DNA of 64,000 nt from an uncultured Gemmatimonadaceae bacterium (lineage in GTDB: Bacteria > Gemmatimonadota > Gemmatimonadetes > Gemmatimonadales > Gemmatimonadaceae), in NCBI GenBank assembly GCA_963761305.1, contig CAVXGK010000001.1, positions 800,001-864,000 of the forward strand, in the 5' to 3' direction. Under the pieces are notes generated by a model. The model searched no databases and was not told the origin of the DNA. It saw only the letters and a program-made list of their open reading frames with translations. Shown piece by piece: positions 50,555 through 61,377 of this stretch; the stretch's first letter is position 1; each line of letters opens with the position of its first letter. The position numbers and the translations under genes are program-made.

Positions 50555-50729
50555 GGCGCCGAAGGTACGGGCGGACTTCGCACCCAGCGTCATCATTTCT
50601 TTTCCGACGAAACCATTACATCCCGCGTTGCTGACGAACGGAACCGGGCGGGGTAAAAATCGCGTAAGCCCGCTAACACCTAAGGTTTTGGGCCATTAAC
50701 GTTCCACGAATCTTCGACCGGAATCGCTC

Positions 50730-52454
50730 ATGAAGTCGTCCCGTGCTTTCTCGATTTTCTTCCTGTTCCTCGCTGCGTGCGGAGCGCCGAGCACCGTCGC
50801 GACGCGCCCCGCGCCGACCGCGCAGCCGGCGCCGCCGCCAGCGGCAGCGATGCCGGCACCGGCGGTCGCGCAGCCGACGAGCGTCGCGCCGGTCACCCTC
50901 GCCGAAGCGCCGCGCAACTGGCAGCTGCTCGACGAGTCGATCGACCACATTCCCGGTGTCAGCTCGGAGCGGGCGATGAACGAGCTGCTCGCCGGCAAGG
51001 CGCCGAAGAAGCGAGTGCTCGTGGCGATCATCGACAACGGGATCGACACCGCGCACGTGGACCTCAAGGCGAACCTCTGGGTGAATCCGAAAGAGACGCC
51101 GGGCAACCACGTGGATGACGACCACAACGGGTTCATCGACGACGTTCATGGCTGGAACTTCATCGGCGGGCGCGACGGGCAGGACGTGCACTTCGACACG
51201 TTCGAGGTCACGCGCGAGTACGCACGTTGCCACGGCGGCGCGGCGGCGAGCGGCTCTCCGGCGATCACCGATGCCGCGCGCTGCGCCGAGATCACCGCGG
51301 CGTTCGAGAAACAGCGAAACGAGATTCAGAGCTCGGTCACGAACTACGAGAGCGCGCTCGAGGCGATACACCAGATCAATCCGATCCTCAAGACGGCGAT
51401 TCTCGCCGACACGCTACTCCGGCGGCACCTCGGGCGCGACACGCTTTCCGTCGACAACGTCCGCGCGCTGACGCCGACGACGCCGCAGCTCACCCAGGCT
51501 CGACAGATCTATCTGCAGTTGGCCGGCGAGGGAGCAACGGAGACGGTCCTCAGCGACGGCCTCAAGTCGCTGCAGGGCCAGCTCAAGAACGGACTCAATC
51601 CCGACTTCAATCCGCGCACGATCGTCGGGGACAACTACACCGATTGGCACCAGCACGACTACGGCAACAACGACGTGATGGGCCAGGACGCCAAGCACGG
51701 CACGCACGTGGCCGGCATCATCGGCGCGGTGCGCGGCAATGGAATCGGCGTCGATGGCATCGCCAACGACGTGTCCTTCATGATGATTCGCACGGTGCCC
51801 GACGGTGACGAGCGCGACAAGGACGTGGCCAACGCAATCCGCTACGCGGTGGACAACGGCGCGCAGATCATCAGCATGAGCTTCGGAAAAGGGTACTCAC
51901 CGTACAAGGCTGCCGTCGACGAAGCCGTGAAGTACGCCGACGCGCACGGCGTGCTGATGGTTCACGCCGCCGGCAACGACGGTGCCGACCTCTCGAAGGC
52001 GAAGAACTTCCCGACCCCGACGTACCTCGACGGCGGACACCCGAACCTCTGGATCGAGGTCGGCGCGTCGTCGTGGAAGGGCGGTGACAAGCTGCCGGCG
52101 GAGTTCAGCAACTACGGCCAACAGCAGGTCGACCTGTTCGCGCCGGGCGTGGACATCCTCTCGACGGTGCCGGGCAACCAGTACGAGCGCGACAGCGGCA
52201 CGAGCATGGCCGCCCCGGTCGTCACGGGCGTCGCCGCGCTTGTCATGAGCTACTACCCGAACCTGAGCGCCGCCGACGTGAAGAAGATCCTCATGGCGTC
52301 GACCAGCAAGTATCCGAACCAGATCGTCGTGCGCCCCGGGGATGCCAAGGACAAGGTGCCGTTCGGAACGCTCTCGGTCACGGGCGGGATCGTGAACGCG
52401 TACAACGCGCTCCGAATGGCGGACGACGTGTCGAACGGCAAGGCGAAGCCGTAA
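50730..52454 (+). CDS. S8 subtilisin-like serine protease (lipoprotein)
   Basis: Lipobox LAAC; catalytic IIDNG, HGTHVAG, AAGN, SGTSMA. Confidence 0.95.
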   Translation: MKSSRAFSIFFLFLAACGAPSTVATRPAPTAQPAPPPAAAMPAPAVAQPTSVAPVTLAEAPRNWQLLDESIDHIPGVSSERAMNELLAGKAPKKRVLVAIIDNGIDTAHVDLKANLWVNPKETPGNHVDDDHNGFIDDVHGWNFIGGRDGQDVHFDTFEVTREYARCHGGAAASGSPAITDAARCAEITAAFEKQRNEIQSSVTNYESALEAIHQINPILKTAILADTLLRRHLGRDTLSVDNVRALTPTTPQLTQARQIYLQLAGEGATETVLSDGLKSLQGQLKNGLNPDFNPRTIVGDNYTDWHQHDYGNNDVMGQDAKHGTHVAGIIGAVRGNGIGVDGIANDVSFMMIRTVPDGDERDKDVANAIRYAVDNGAQIISMSFGKGYSPYKAAVDEAVKYADAHGVLMVHAAGNDGADLSKAKNFPTPTYLDGGHPNLWIEVGASSWKGGDKLPAEFSNYGQQQVDLFAPGVDILSTVPGNQYERDSGTSMAAPVVTGVAALVMSYYPNLSAADVKKILMASTSKYPNQIVVRPGDAKDKVPFGTLSVTGGIVNAYNALRMADDVSNGKAKP

Positions 52455-52457
52455 AGC

Positions 52458-52489
52458 GGGTGGACGGGTGGACGCGTGGACGCGTGGAC
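52458..52489 (+). repeat. 8-bp tandem repeat G(G/C)GTGGAC x4
   Basis: Begins 3 bp after the S8 stop codon. Confidence 0.85.
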
Positions 52490-53147
52490 GGGGCACGTGG
52501 CGCCTCGTGAGGCGACTGCGGCGGGCAGCAAAGGGGCTGCGTCGCGACGCCTGGTGAGAGAATCCGGCGACAGGTCGGCGGCGGCGAACGTCGAGACTTA
52601 GGATCACGTCGCGCCGACCGTGCCGCCGGCCCGCGCGACGAGTAGGCGCGGGTTGTTCGTCTTGGTGCCCCTGTGAGCGCGAAGAAATCCGGGACCTGAC
52701 GGAGCTGCGCCGCGAGGACCGTGCGGTCGGTCGCACGTGGTCGAGCTCGAGCGCAATGCGGAGGACGCGATCGTCGGCCGGGTCGACAGCGCGATGCGCT
52801 CGCACGTCGTCTGGTTGATGGCGCCGCAGCTGAACATCGACGCGATGTCGTCGAGAATGGCGCTGTATGGCGACCGGTTGAGGGCGTCGAATGGATCGCC
52901 GTTCCGGTCGAGGACGCGTTGCCCTTGGCTGATGGTGCCGAGCACTGGGGAATGCGAAGGTCTGCTCGAGCGCCTGTCCGCGGAGCGGGAGACGCGGTGA
53001 TGGAGGCGCGGGGCGTCGTTCGGTGAGCAGAGGAATGGGTCGGTGTGCGAGTGGCTCGAGCGTCAGTGGCGAAGCGCGTCGTGGAGTCGGTGCGCGAGAA
53101 GAGGACGGGACGCGTGGGGTTCGCGCGCGTATTGCGGTCGGTCGGAG

Positions 53148-53315
53148 TCGGACTTCCATCCGGTGCTGTCGGACTTTGATCCGTTGCTGTCAGACTTCGA
53201 TCCGTTGCTGTCGGACTTCGATCCGTTGCTGTCAAACTTCGATCCGGTGCTTCCGCAGTTCGATCCGGTGCCCGCGTACTTCGATCCGGTGCAGACGTGC
53301 TTCGATCCGTGGCGA
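53148..53315. repeat. 21-bp tandem repeat x8 (consensus TCGGACTTCGATCCGTTGCTG)
   Basis: Core TTCGATCCG (one mismatch in units 1 and 2) recurs every 21 bp; units diverge toward the right. Confidence 0.9.
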
Positions 53316-53874
53316 TCGTGCTGAGGCGCGGTGTCGTGTGGCGTCAGTGCGTTGCGACCGGAACGCGATCCGCGGCGCTGCGTGCGCGCTGCGGAGCGCT
53401 CTCGACGCGTGGCGACGTCCTCTGAACACGTGCGATTGGAATCGGACCGCGGCGCCGAGCGTACGCGACCTCGATGATCGAGAGTTCGGCGCGGGGGATC
53501 GTCGTCGTGAGACCGCGGCTCGACGATCGTGGAACGAGCCCAATCGGCTGCACGGGCGGCGAGCCGCTGGTACGCGACGGTTGCTGTCGGTGGGTGGCGG
53601 TCACCTCGCGTTGGAGTGACCGATGTCGCGACGGGACCGGTGTCGGCGACGAACGAAATGACGAGCAGGGTGATCGTGACGGCGTGCAGAGCGATGGATT
53701 GGGGAATGGCGGCTGATGCCCCGGGTGCTCGGCGACAGAGCGTGGCCAATGCGAGGCTCTCTATAGGTGAATCGCGACGAGGCCGGTTTTGCTACGCGGT
53801 GTCCGCTCGGGTGGACATCAGCGCCAGTCGTGTGGTGGACCAGTGGCCCAGAAAGGCTGACGAGCGAGTGGATG

Positions 53875-53912
53875 TCTGAAATCAGACTTCTGACGTCTGA
53901 CCTCTGACTTCT
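53875..53912. repeat. 7-bp tandem repeat (TCTGACN) x5
   Basis: TCTGAAA TCAGACT TCTGACG TCTGACC TCTGACT TCT. Confidence 0.75.
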
Positions 53913-53924
53913 CGCTGGTCAGCT

Positions 53925-53956
53925 GTCCGCCCGTCCACCTGTCTACCCGTCCACCC
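53925..53956 (-). repeat. 8-bp tandem repeat GGGTGGAC-like x4 (minus strand)
   Basis: Minus strand reads GGGTGGAC GGGTAGAC AGGTGGAC GGGCGGAC, immediately after the M28 stop. Confidence 0.8.
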
Positions 53957-54992
53957 CTACTTCACCAGCGTCACCGCCACATCCCCCACAATCTGCAGGC
54001 TCTTCGCCGACACCTTGTCGAACGTGTCCTGCATCGTGTGGTGATAGTTGGGACTCGACGGCGTGAACGCGTCGTGGATCGTCGGCAGCGGACCGTACTG
54101 AATGTCCAGCACGTCGATCACGCGAAGACCCTTGTTCAGCAGCGGGACGTGGTCGTCGGTGATCTGCTGCCCGACCTGGCTGATGAAATACTTGGAGTAG
54201 CCGAGGTCGGACGCCGTCTGCCACACTCGGCCGACGACTTCCGGCGCGCTTCTGCACAGAGTTGGCTTCCTGGTAGAGCTGTAGGTCGGCGTCGCCGATC
54301 ATGTCCCAGAGCACGCCGTAGAGCGGCTTGTAGTCCGGCGACGGCAAATGGTTCGCGAAATACTGCGAGCCGAAGAGCGCGTCGGGATAGTTGCCGGAGC
54401 TGTCGGAGTCGAACGCGCCCCAGTCTTCGCCGTCGACGAACAGCAGGTCCACGCCGACCGACGGCGGGGTCTTCTTGAAGACGTCGCCCAGCGCCATGAA
54501 CAGCCCTACGCCCGACGCGCCGTCGTTCGCGCCGATGATCGGACGCGCCTTGTTGCCGAAGTTGGGATCGTCATCCGCCTTGGGACGCGTGTCCCAGTGC
54601 GTCACGTACAGCACGCGCTGCGTCGCCGAGGGGTTGAATCGCGCCAGGATGTTCTGGAGCTGGAGCTTCGTGCCATTGGCTGTGGTCTGCGTCCAGCGCT
54701 GCACGGTGACGCTGTCGGTCCGCTGCTTCATCTGCGCGACGATCCACGCGCCGGCCGAGTCGTGCGCCGGCGTACCGGGCGCGCGAGGACCGAACGCCAG
54801 GTGTGCCTTTACGTACCCGAGCGCCGCCTCGCCGTCGAACCCGGTCTTCGGGCCGCCGAACGGGTGGTCGCACGCGCTCAGCACGACAATCGTGGCCGCA
54901 CAGAGAAGGCTGATCATTCGCACGCGGGAATCTCGTCGCTGAATAGACTGCACGTTAGCGGGATTGGTCATACGTTGGAGTTTCGCGGCCAT
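53957..54992 (-). CDS. M28 family peptidase / glutaminyl cyclase-like lipoprotein, apparent +1 frameshift near 54249
   Basis: FGPR.PGT..H, HWDTRP, GANDGASG, DGED.G, DMIGD in one frame; DDH.P and HHT.QDT.DKVS in the other. Start codon uncertain. Confidence 0.88.
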
Positions 54993-54998
54993 CTGCGA

Positions 54999-57900
54999 TC
55001 ATTTGCCGGCCCCGAAGAACTGGAACTGCAACACGGTGGACAGCACCGTCTGCGCGAACCGCCGGTTGAGATTGTTGTCGAACGTCACGATGTGCGAGGC
55101 CTGGAGCGTGAACACCAGACCGTCGCTCAGATTCGTGTCCGCCGCCAGGTTGAACGCCTGGCGGCCGTTGTCGGCCAGCCGGCTCTGGAACGCGCCGGCC
55201 GAGTCGAGAACGAACGTGGTGTTGTGAGTTTCCTGAAATCCGATCCGCGTCCGCAGGTCGCTGCGCAAACCCAGCCCCAAACTCTCGGGTATGTGGAACG
55301 CCCGGCCCGCATCGAGCGAAAGCTCGTCGCCGCGCGACCGGGCGAGGCTCCCCGGCAAGCTGTCGATGCGCCGCGTGAGACTGTACCGCGCGCTAGTGCT
55401 CAAGGATCCGCGGCCGGCCCAGATGATCGACCCGCTGAACGGATAGGTGTCAGAGTGGCTCTGCCGTATTTCCGGCGAGTCGCCGACGTCGATTCCCGGA
55501 AGCGAGATCGACGCCGTCGTCCGGAGATACCCGGCGCTCGCGTCCATGCTGGTGAACAGTCCGCCCGGCGCGGGATGAAACGCCCAACGCAACGCGACGT
55601 CCGGAAATCGCGTCTGCGTTCCGTTGGCCTCGGCCTGTGACTGCGTCGAGTCGGGGCGCGCTATCCAGTTGGCCGTCGTGATGTGCTGATAGCGCGCGTC
55701 GATCGCCGTGCCGGCGAGGAGACGCACGCTCGTCGAGGCGTTCCACGTTCCCGTCTGCCCGGCCGTCGTCGCCGGAATTCCGTTCACGAACCGGAACGAC
55801 GACGGGCCGCCGAGCGCCAGCTCGAATGGCAGCGGCGGCGCGGTCGTCGATTCGTCGACGTCGCCCAGCAGGCTCCGCGAGTACGACACATCAATGGGCG
55901 AAAACGAGTTGCCGAGCCGGCGCGCGACGCTCGAGTCGCGCGTGTACGGCGCGAACGCGCGCGCGACGTCGATGCTCGTGCCGGCGCTGACCGTCTGCGC
56001 GGCGGTCATGCGTCGCGGCAGCAGGCGGTCGAGCGCCGCGAGGGAATCGTTCGCCGCGAGCACGCTGTCCACGCCGATCACGCCCGGCAATGTCGCGAGC
56101 GAGCGGACGTTCGGGTCGCGCAGCATGTCGTACTGCGTGCCCAGATCCGCGCGCGGCCGGAACCACGACGAGAACGACGGCGTGAACGACGCGCTCGCCG
56201 ACATCGACCGCTCGCGTTCGAAACCCGGCCCGACAGCCACGGGCGGCAGGTCGATGCTCTCACCCGTCGTGTCGCGATAGTCGCGGAAGTCGCGAAGCGA
56301 TTCGATCTCCCAACGGAAGGCCGTTCCGGGCGTCGGCTGGAATCCGATCGCGCCCGCGTTGCGCCACAACCGGGTCGACGCCGTGCTCACCGTCGGATCG
56401 TCGGGCACGTCGGTGCTGGGATTGAGGTACGACACTCGGCGGTCGGTGCCGCGGACGATGCCGGTGCTCACGCGAAACTCGGTCGGATTCCAGCGGAATG
56501 CACTCGCCCGCAGCGCACCGATCGGACCCGCCTGGAGGAAATCGGGTAACGCGCCGAGCGCGCCGTTGGCCCAGCCCGGCAACGCCGTCGTGAGCGGCGT
56601 GCTGCCTGCGACGAGGTAGTCGAGCCCGGCGGTGAGCGTGTTCGTGTTCCCGTCCTGGAATTCGGTTCGATCCACGCCGGTCGTGTATGTGGAATTGAGC
56701 GACAGGTTGTCGATCAGCGGGCCGAACAGACCGCCGAGCGGCGCGGATCGGCGGGCCGTCAGGCTGTAGGTGGTGAGGTCGTTTTTCGGTTTGCGCAGAC
56801 CGGGAATTCCCTTTCCCGAGATGTCCGATTGGTCGAGGTAGAGCGGATCTTCCGCCAATGAGAGTCTACTGATCGTGAGCGGCAGCGCGACGCCCGCCGA
56901 CGCCGGCAGCAGCTTCTCGAGCCGCACCGTCGCGGTCATGTCGATGTTGCGCTGCGTGTCGAACGTCGGTTGCTCGCCGAGCTGCCGGAAGTTCGGATCC
57001 TGATTGCTCATCGTCGCCTGAACGTCGGCGAAATCGCTGATGTTGAACCGCCCGGTCACCGCCATGGCGGTGCCGCCGGTGTTGAGCTGCTGGTCGAGTC
57101 GTATGTCGTCGACCCACAGCTCGAGCGTATCCGTCGGGCTGATCGTGGGAGAGCCGGCGAGACCGGTAGTCGCCACGCGCACGATGCCGACCGCCATCTC
57201 CTGCACGGCGTGCAAGTCCGGCGCGGTGACCGCGGGGTCGAGCGTATAGACCATGTAGCCGTCCTGGCACGCGGCGAATCGACGGCTCACGGTACCCGTC
57301 GGCAGCGGCGACGCGACGATGATCGCCGAGTCGACGCCGGTACAGGCGATCGACGTCGTGCCTCCGGCGAGATACGCCGTCTGGATCTTCTTGCGCAGAT
57401 TGATGAATTGATTGAGGTCGATCGCGAAGTCGCTCCACGCGGCGGCTGTCTGCCCGTCGTTGGCCGGCGTGCGGTACATGTAGAAGTTGTTCTCGTCGCG
57501 CCCGACCTTGATGTACATCTGGAGCTCGCCACTCTGGCCCCAGCCGTGTCCGCGGCCGCGCCCCCAGACGTTGAGCCGCTGAAACGCCATGAAGTACTGC
57601 GGCCCGGCCGGAAAACGGAAGTACGCCTCGGCGCGGTGATAGAGCGACAGATTTCCCGTTTGCAGGCGCAGCGAGCTCTCGTTGGTCGTCGTGAGCGTTC
57701 CTTGAAACTGCGCGCCCTTGAGCGCCGCTTCGTTCACGATCCCCGGCGGCGGCTGATATACGACCGACGCGCTGGAGTCCGTCGTGCCGATCGTCGACGT
57801 GATCACGAATCCGGCGCCCGGGCTTATTCCCGCGATTCCCGCGAGCGTCTGATTGCTCCGGTCGAGCCACGGTGCGCCGGTCACCTGTAGCTCGGCGATC

Positions 57901-60900
57901 GGCAATTGCACCGGGACCTCGGCGTCTTGCCCCTGCGCCGACACGATGGTCAGCCGGAGCGCGCGCAGCTTGCGGCGATTCACGTCGTTGAGCGAATCGG
58001 TGGGCGTCTTGAACGGCACACGCACGAGCACCCAGTTGCGCGTGCGCGGCTGCGGCACGCCGCGCACGTAGATCGTGTCGGTGAACTGGCCGCCGACCCG
58101 CGTGTACGCGTTGGCAGCGGTCAGGTCGACGACGTAGCGAAGCAGTCGCTCGCTCTCGCGCTGGGCGTTCGAGAAGTTGAGCGCGTTGTCGGCGTCGATG
58201 TCGTATTCGTCGAGCTTGTTGTTGGCGATCGTGCAATTGGTGCGCGGGTCACCGATCACGTCGAGCGCACCGGGAGCAGCGCGGCAGGTGCGCACGTTGG
58301 TGACCCGATGCGCGCCCGACGCGTCGACGGCGACGATCGTATCGGCAACGTCACCCGGCAGGCCGGTGTCGTTGATCGCCGCGTTGAACGAACGCGAGAA
58401 GGGATCGCGCTCGGTGGCGGGCACCGGGTTGTCGAAGCCGGCGAGTCGCTTGCCGCTGAACGTCGTGTCGACGCCCGCCGATCCGCTCGTGACCTTGAGC
58501 GTGTCCGGCGCAAAGGCCACCGAGTTCTCGGAGACGTCGCCGAAATCGAGGATGAGCGTCGGGTTCGCGGCGCGCGAAACCCCCGACGTGTCGAGCAATG
58601 TCCAGAACTGCAGGAACTCGCCGCGCGTGAGGTCGAGGCCCGCAGGGCTGAGCACCGTGCGAATGCTGCGAAAGCGGCGGGACGCGGTGGCGCCGACGCT
58701 GTTGTCCGTCCACTTGTAGGCGCGCGTGGACGGATCGTACCGGCCCACCTGGTCGAGCGGCAGCAGCGTGAGCCAGAGCATCGGCTCGGCCAACTGGAAG
58801 CCCGAGCCGGTGAACACGAGCAGCGGATCGATCTCCTTCGGCCGTGATGGCGAGGCGTCGTCCGCCGGGACTCTGCACGTTCGTCTGCCATACGAGCGTC
58901 GCCGCGTGCGACGGTTCGAAGAACATGCCGCCGAAAGGCGCCGCCAGCGAGTTGCCGTAGGCCGGAAGGCTGCTGTACAACCACGCCTGGTCGGAGAGCG
59001 CGATCGACGTGCCGCCGTTGGCGTCGAACGTTTCGACGTAGGCCGTGCCCTGGTTGCGCGCGAGGAACTGCGGATTGCTGTGCGCGACCTCGGCGGTGAA
59101 CGCGAAGCGTGAGGGCGTCTTCGATTGCCCGAACGGCAATCGGCTGGCGAGACTCGTGAGGCCGGGCAGGTCCCAGTTGAACCGGCCCGTGACGCCCGTC
59201 ATCAACGTCGAATTCCCCTGAAGCCCGAGCTCCGGACGCGTGAACGACGTGCTCTGCGACTGGTTGATGGCGAGAAAATCGAGCGTGCCGTGCGACACCG
59301 GCAACTCGGAGAGAAACCCGGCGAGCGTCGTCGGGGCCTGGCCGAACGAGACGTTCTCCTCGTAGCGCACGTCGACGTGCCGCTCCGCCGTGAGGAGCGT
59401 GTCGGGCCGCATGAAGTCGATCCGCCCGATGTCGTAGTCGATGCGGTAGTCGAGGTCGCGCACGAGCTGCCGGCCGTCCATCACCACTTGCTCCGAACCA
59501 GGCCGAATCGATCCGGCGCCGATCGTTATCGCGCCGCCGGTCTCGGTGCCGACGGTCTGATAGCGTACGCTCATCCGATACAGCGACGCCGGATGCTGCG
59601 GCGAGTAGATGTATTCGCCGGGGATGTTGTAGATGTCGTCGTTCGTCGGGTTGCCCGGCACGACGAGCCCGGAGTCGCGCGCGCTGAACGGGTGCAGCGA
59701 CGGAAACACGAGGAAGAAGTCGCGGATCGCGAACGCGGCATCCAGCGTACCGCCGTTGCGGATATCCGCCGCGCCGGCGCCAAGATTGAAGATCGCGTCG
59801 CTGCGCCGCGGCCAGAGACGATTCTCGGCGTCGAACTCGGCGGGATTCGCCGACTGGGCGAGTCCGAACATCTCGAGGAACGTCGCGTCGCGTCCCGCGA
59901 TGGGATGCTCGAGGCGCCCGCTGCCGGCGACGACTCGAATCGTCGCCGACTCACGCGCGAGGTTGCTTCCAGCGATGCGGTAGACCGAGCGAATCTCGTT
60001 GCGGAACGCGGCCGACGTCGGGCCAACCGTCGGGTCCATGACGAGGTTGGCGACTTGGTCGCGGCCCGGGATGTATTGGAGGTCGGGCGTGCCGCCGGTC
60101 GTCGCCCAGACGGTGTCCTTGCCGTTGACCTTGACGTTGTAGGCGACGACGAGCCGCTCGTTCGTCTCGTTCAGCGGCCTGACGAGCGCGAACCAGAGGA
60201 GCGAGCGATCGATGACATAGTCCACGCCTTCGCGCAGAAGGTCGTACACCGCCGTGCCGTTCGTCTGACCGCCCCGCACACGGAAACGCGGCCCGCTGGG
60301 ATTCTGCGGCTGCGTTCCGAACTGAAGGCGGTAGAGGCGAACGTTGGTCGGCCGCAGCGTGTCGGGCAGCGACCGCCACAGCGCGTCGAGCTGCGAGTGG
60401 TTCAGGATGTCGATGTTGGGAAACGCCCGGCCGCCGCCGAGGAGCGCCGGATCGACCGTGAAGAAGAACCGCAGCCGCTCGATCTGATAGTCGTCGATGT
60501 CGCGGGCATTGGCCTGCGCCGCCTTGCTGCCGATGGTGAACTGTCGCGTCTGGCCGACGTTCCCCTTCTGCTGGGCGAAAATCGACTGGAATCGCAACGG
60601 ACCGAATTGGTTCGTGACCTGGAGGCCGTAGTTTCCGGTGGGGAGATTCGTCGACAGAAATCGCGACGGCGGAGGCGTGAACGTCACGTTGCCGACGTCC
60701 ACGCGCTGCCATCGCGAGTCGGGAGCTCCCTCGTAGTAGAGCGAGAGTGTGTTGGACGCGTCGAACTCGCGCTGCATGTCATAGTCGACGTTGACGTGCC
60801 AGCGGTCGGCGATGACGCCGGAGCTTTTGATGCTGACGGTCGGCTGAAGCTGCCAGGGCAGGAATCCGGCGTTGCAGCCGGAGACGGCGCTCGTCTGAAT

Positions 60901-61167
60901 GGCCTCGAGGGAGGTGCACACGAGGTTTTGGTCGCGTTCCTTCTTGCCTTCGACGCGCAGGTTCAGCTCGAGCGGCAACTCGAGGCCTGGGATGATCGTC
61001 GTTCCGGGTGGGAGCGGCGGTCGCCGAATGGAATCGGTGTCCGCGGCCGGCCGAGCCGGAAGCACGGGAGTGGGAGGCGTCTGCGAACTCGCCGGTGGAC
61101 CCCAAGCGAGTCCAACGGCGAGCGCGATCAGAACAGCTCGCGTCGCAGAATACAGGGGTCGCACCAA
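54999..61167 (-). CDS. sprA: SprA-like giant outer-membrane protein (~2050 aa), apparent +1 frameshift near 58840
   Basis: N-terminal G.IADRW.VNVDYD..REFD..N...YEG....QRV.VGNV.F...FG....IFAQQKG, IR.GSE.V..DG..L.R..DY.IDY..G.I and ELWVDDIRL resemble T9SS SprA. C-terminal amphipathic strands end in FQFF. Removing one base joins the 938 aa and 1272 aa ORFs. Confidence 0.8.
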
Positions 61168-61377
61168 ACCCTAACGGTGGGGTAGGAACCCGCCAACGGC
61201 TCGTGTCGTGGACCTGCTCCGTTCGCTCTCCGGACGCCGGCGGTTCCACGTCGAAGAAGCCTTGAAATCGAGCTGGCGGTGGGTGGAATATATAGGCCAG
61301 CCACGGCCGTACAACCCTGTGGAGTGCTTGAAGTTCCGCAGCAGCACGACCGATCGCGCCCCACCCAATAGAACCAC

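Noticed and set aside
53148..53315. Possible CRISPR array
   Set aside because: The period is only 21 bp, there are no unique spacers, and no cas genes are in the window.
52500..53880. Protein-coding gene between the S8 and M28 genes
   Set aside because: Several overlapping short ORFs exist, but none has recognisable motifs or a convincing start context.
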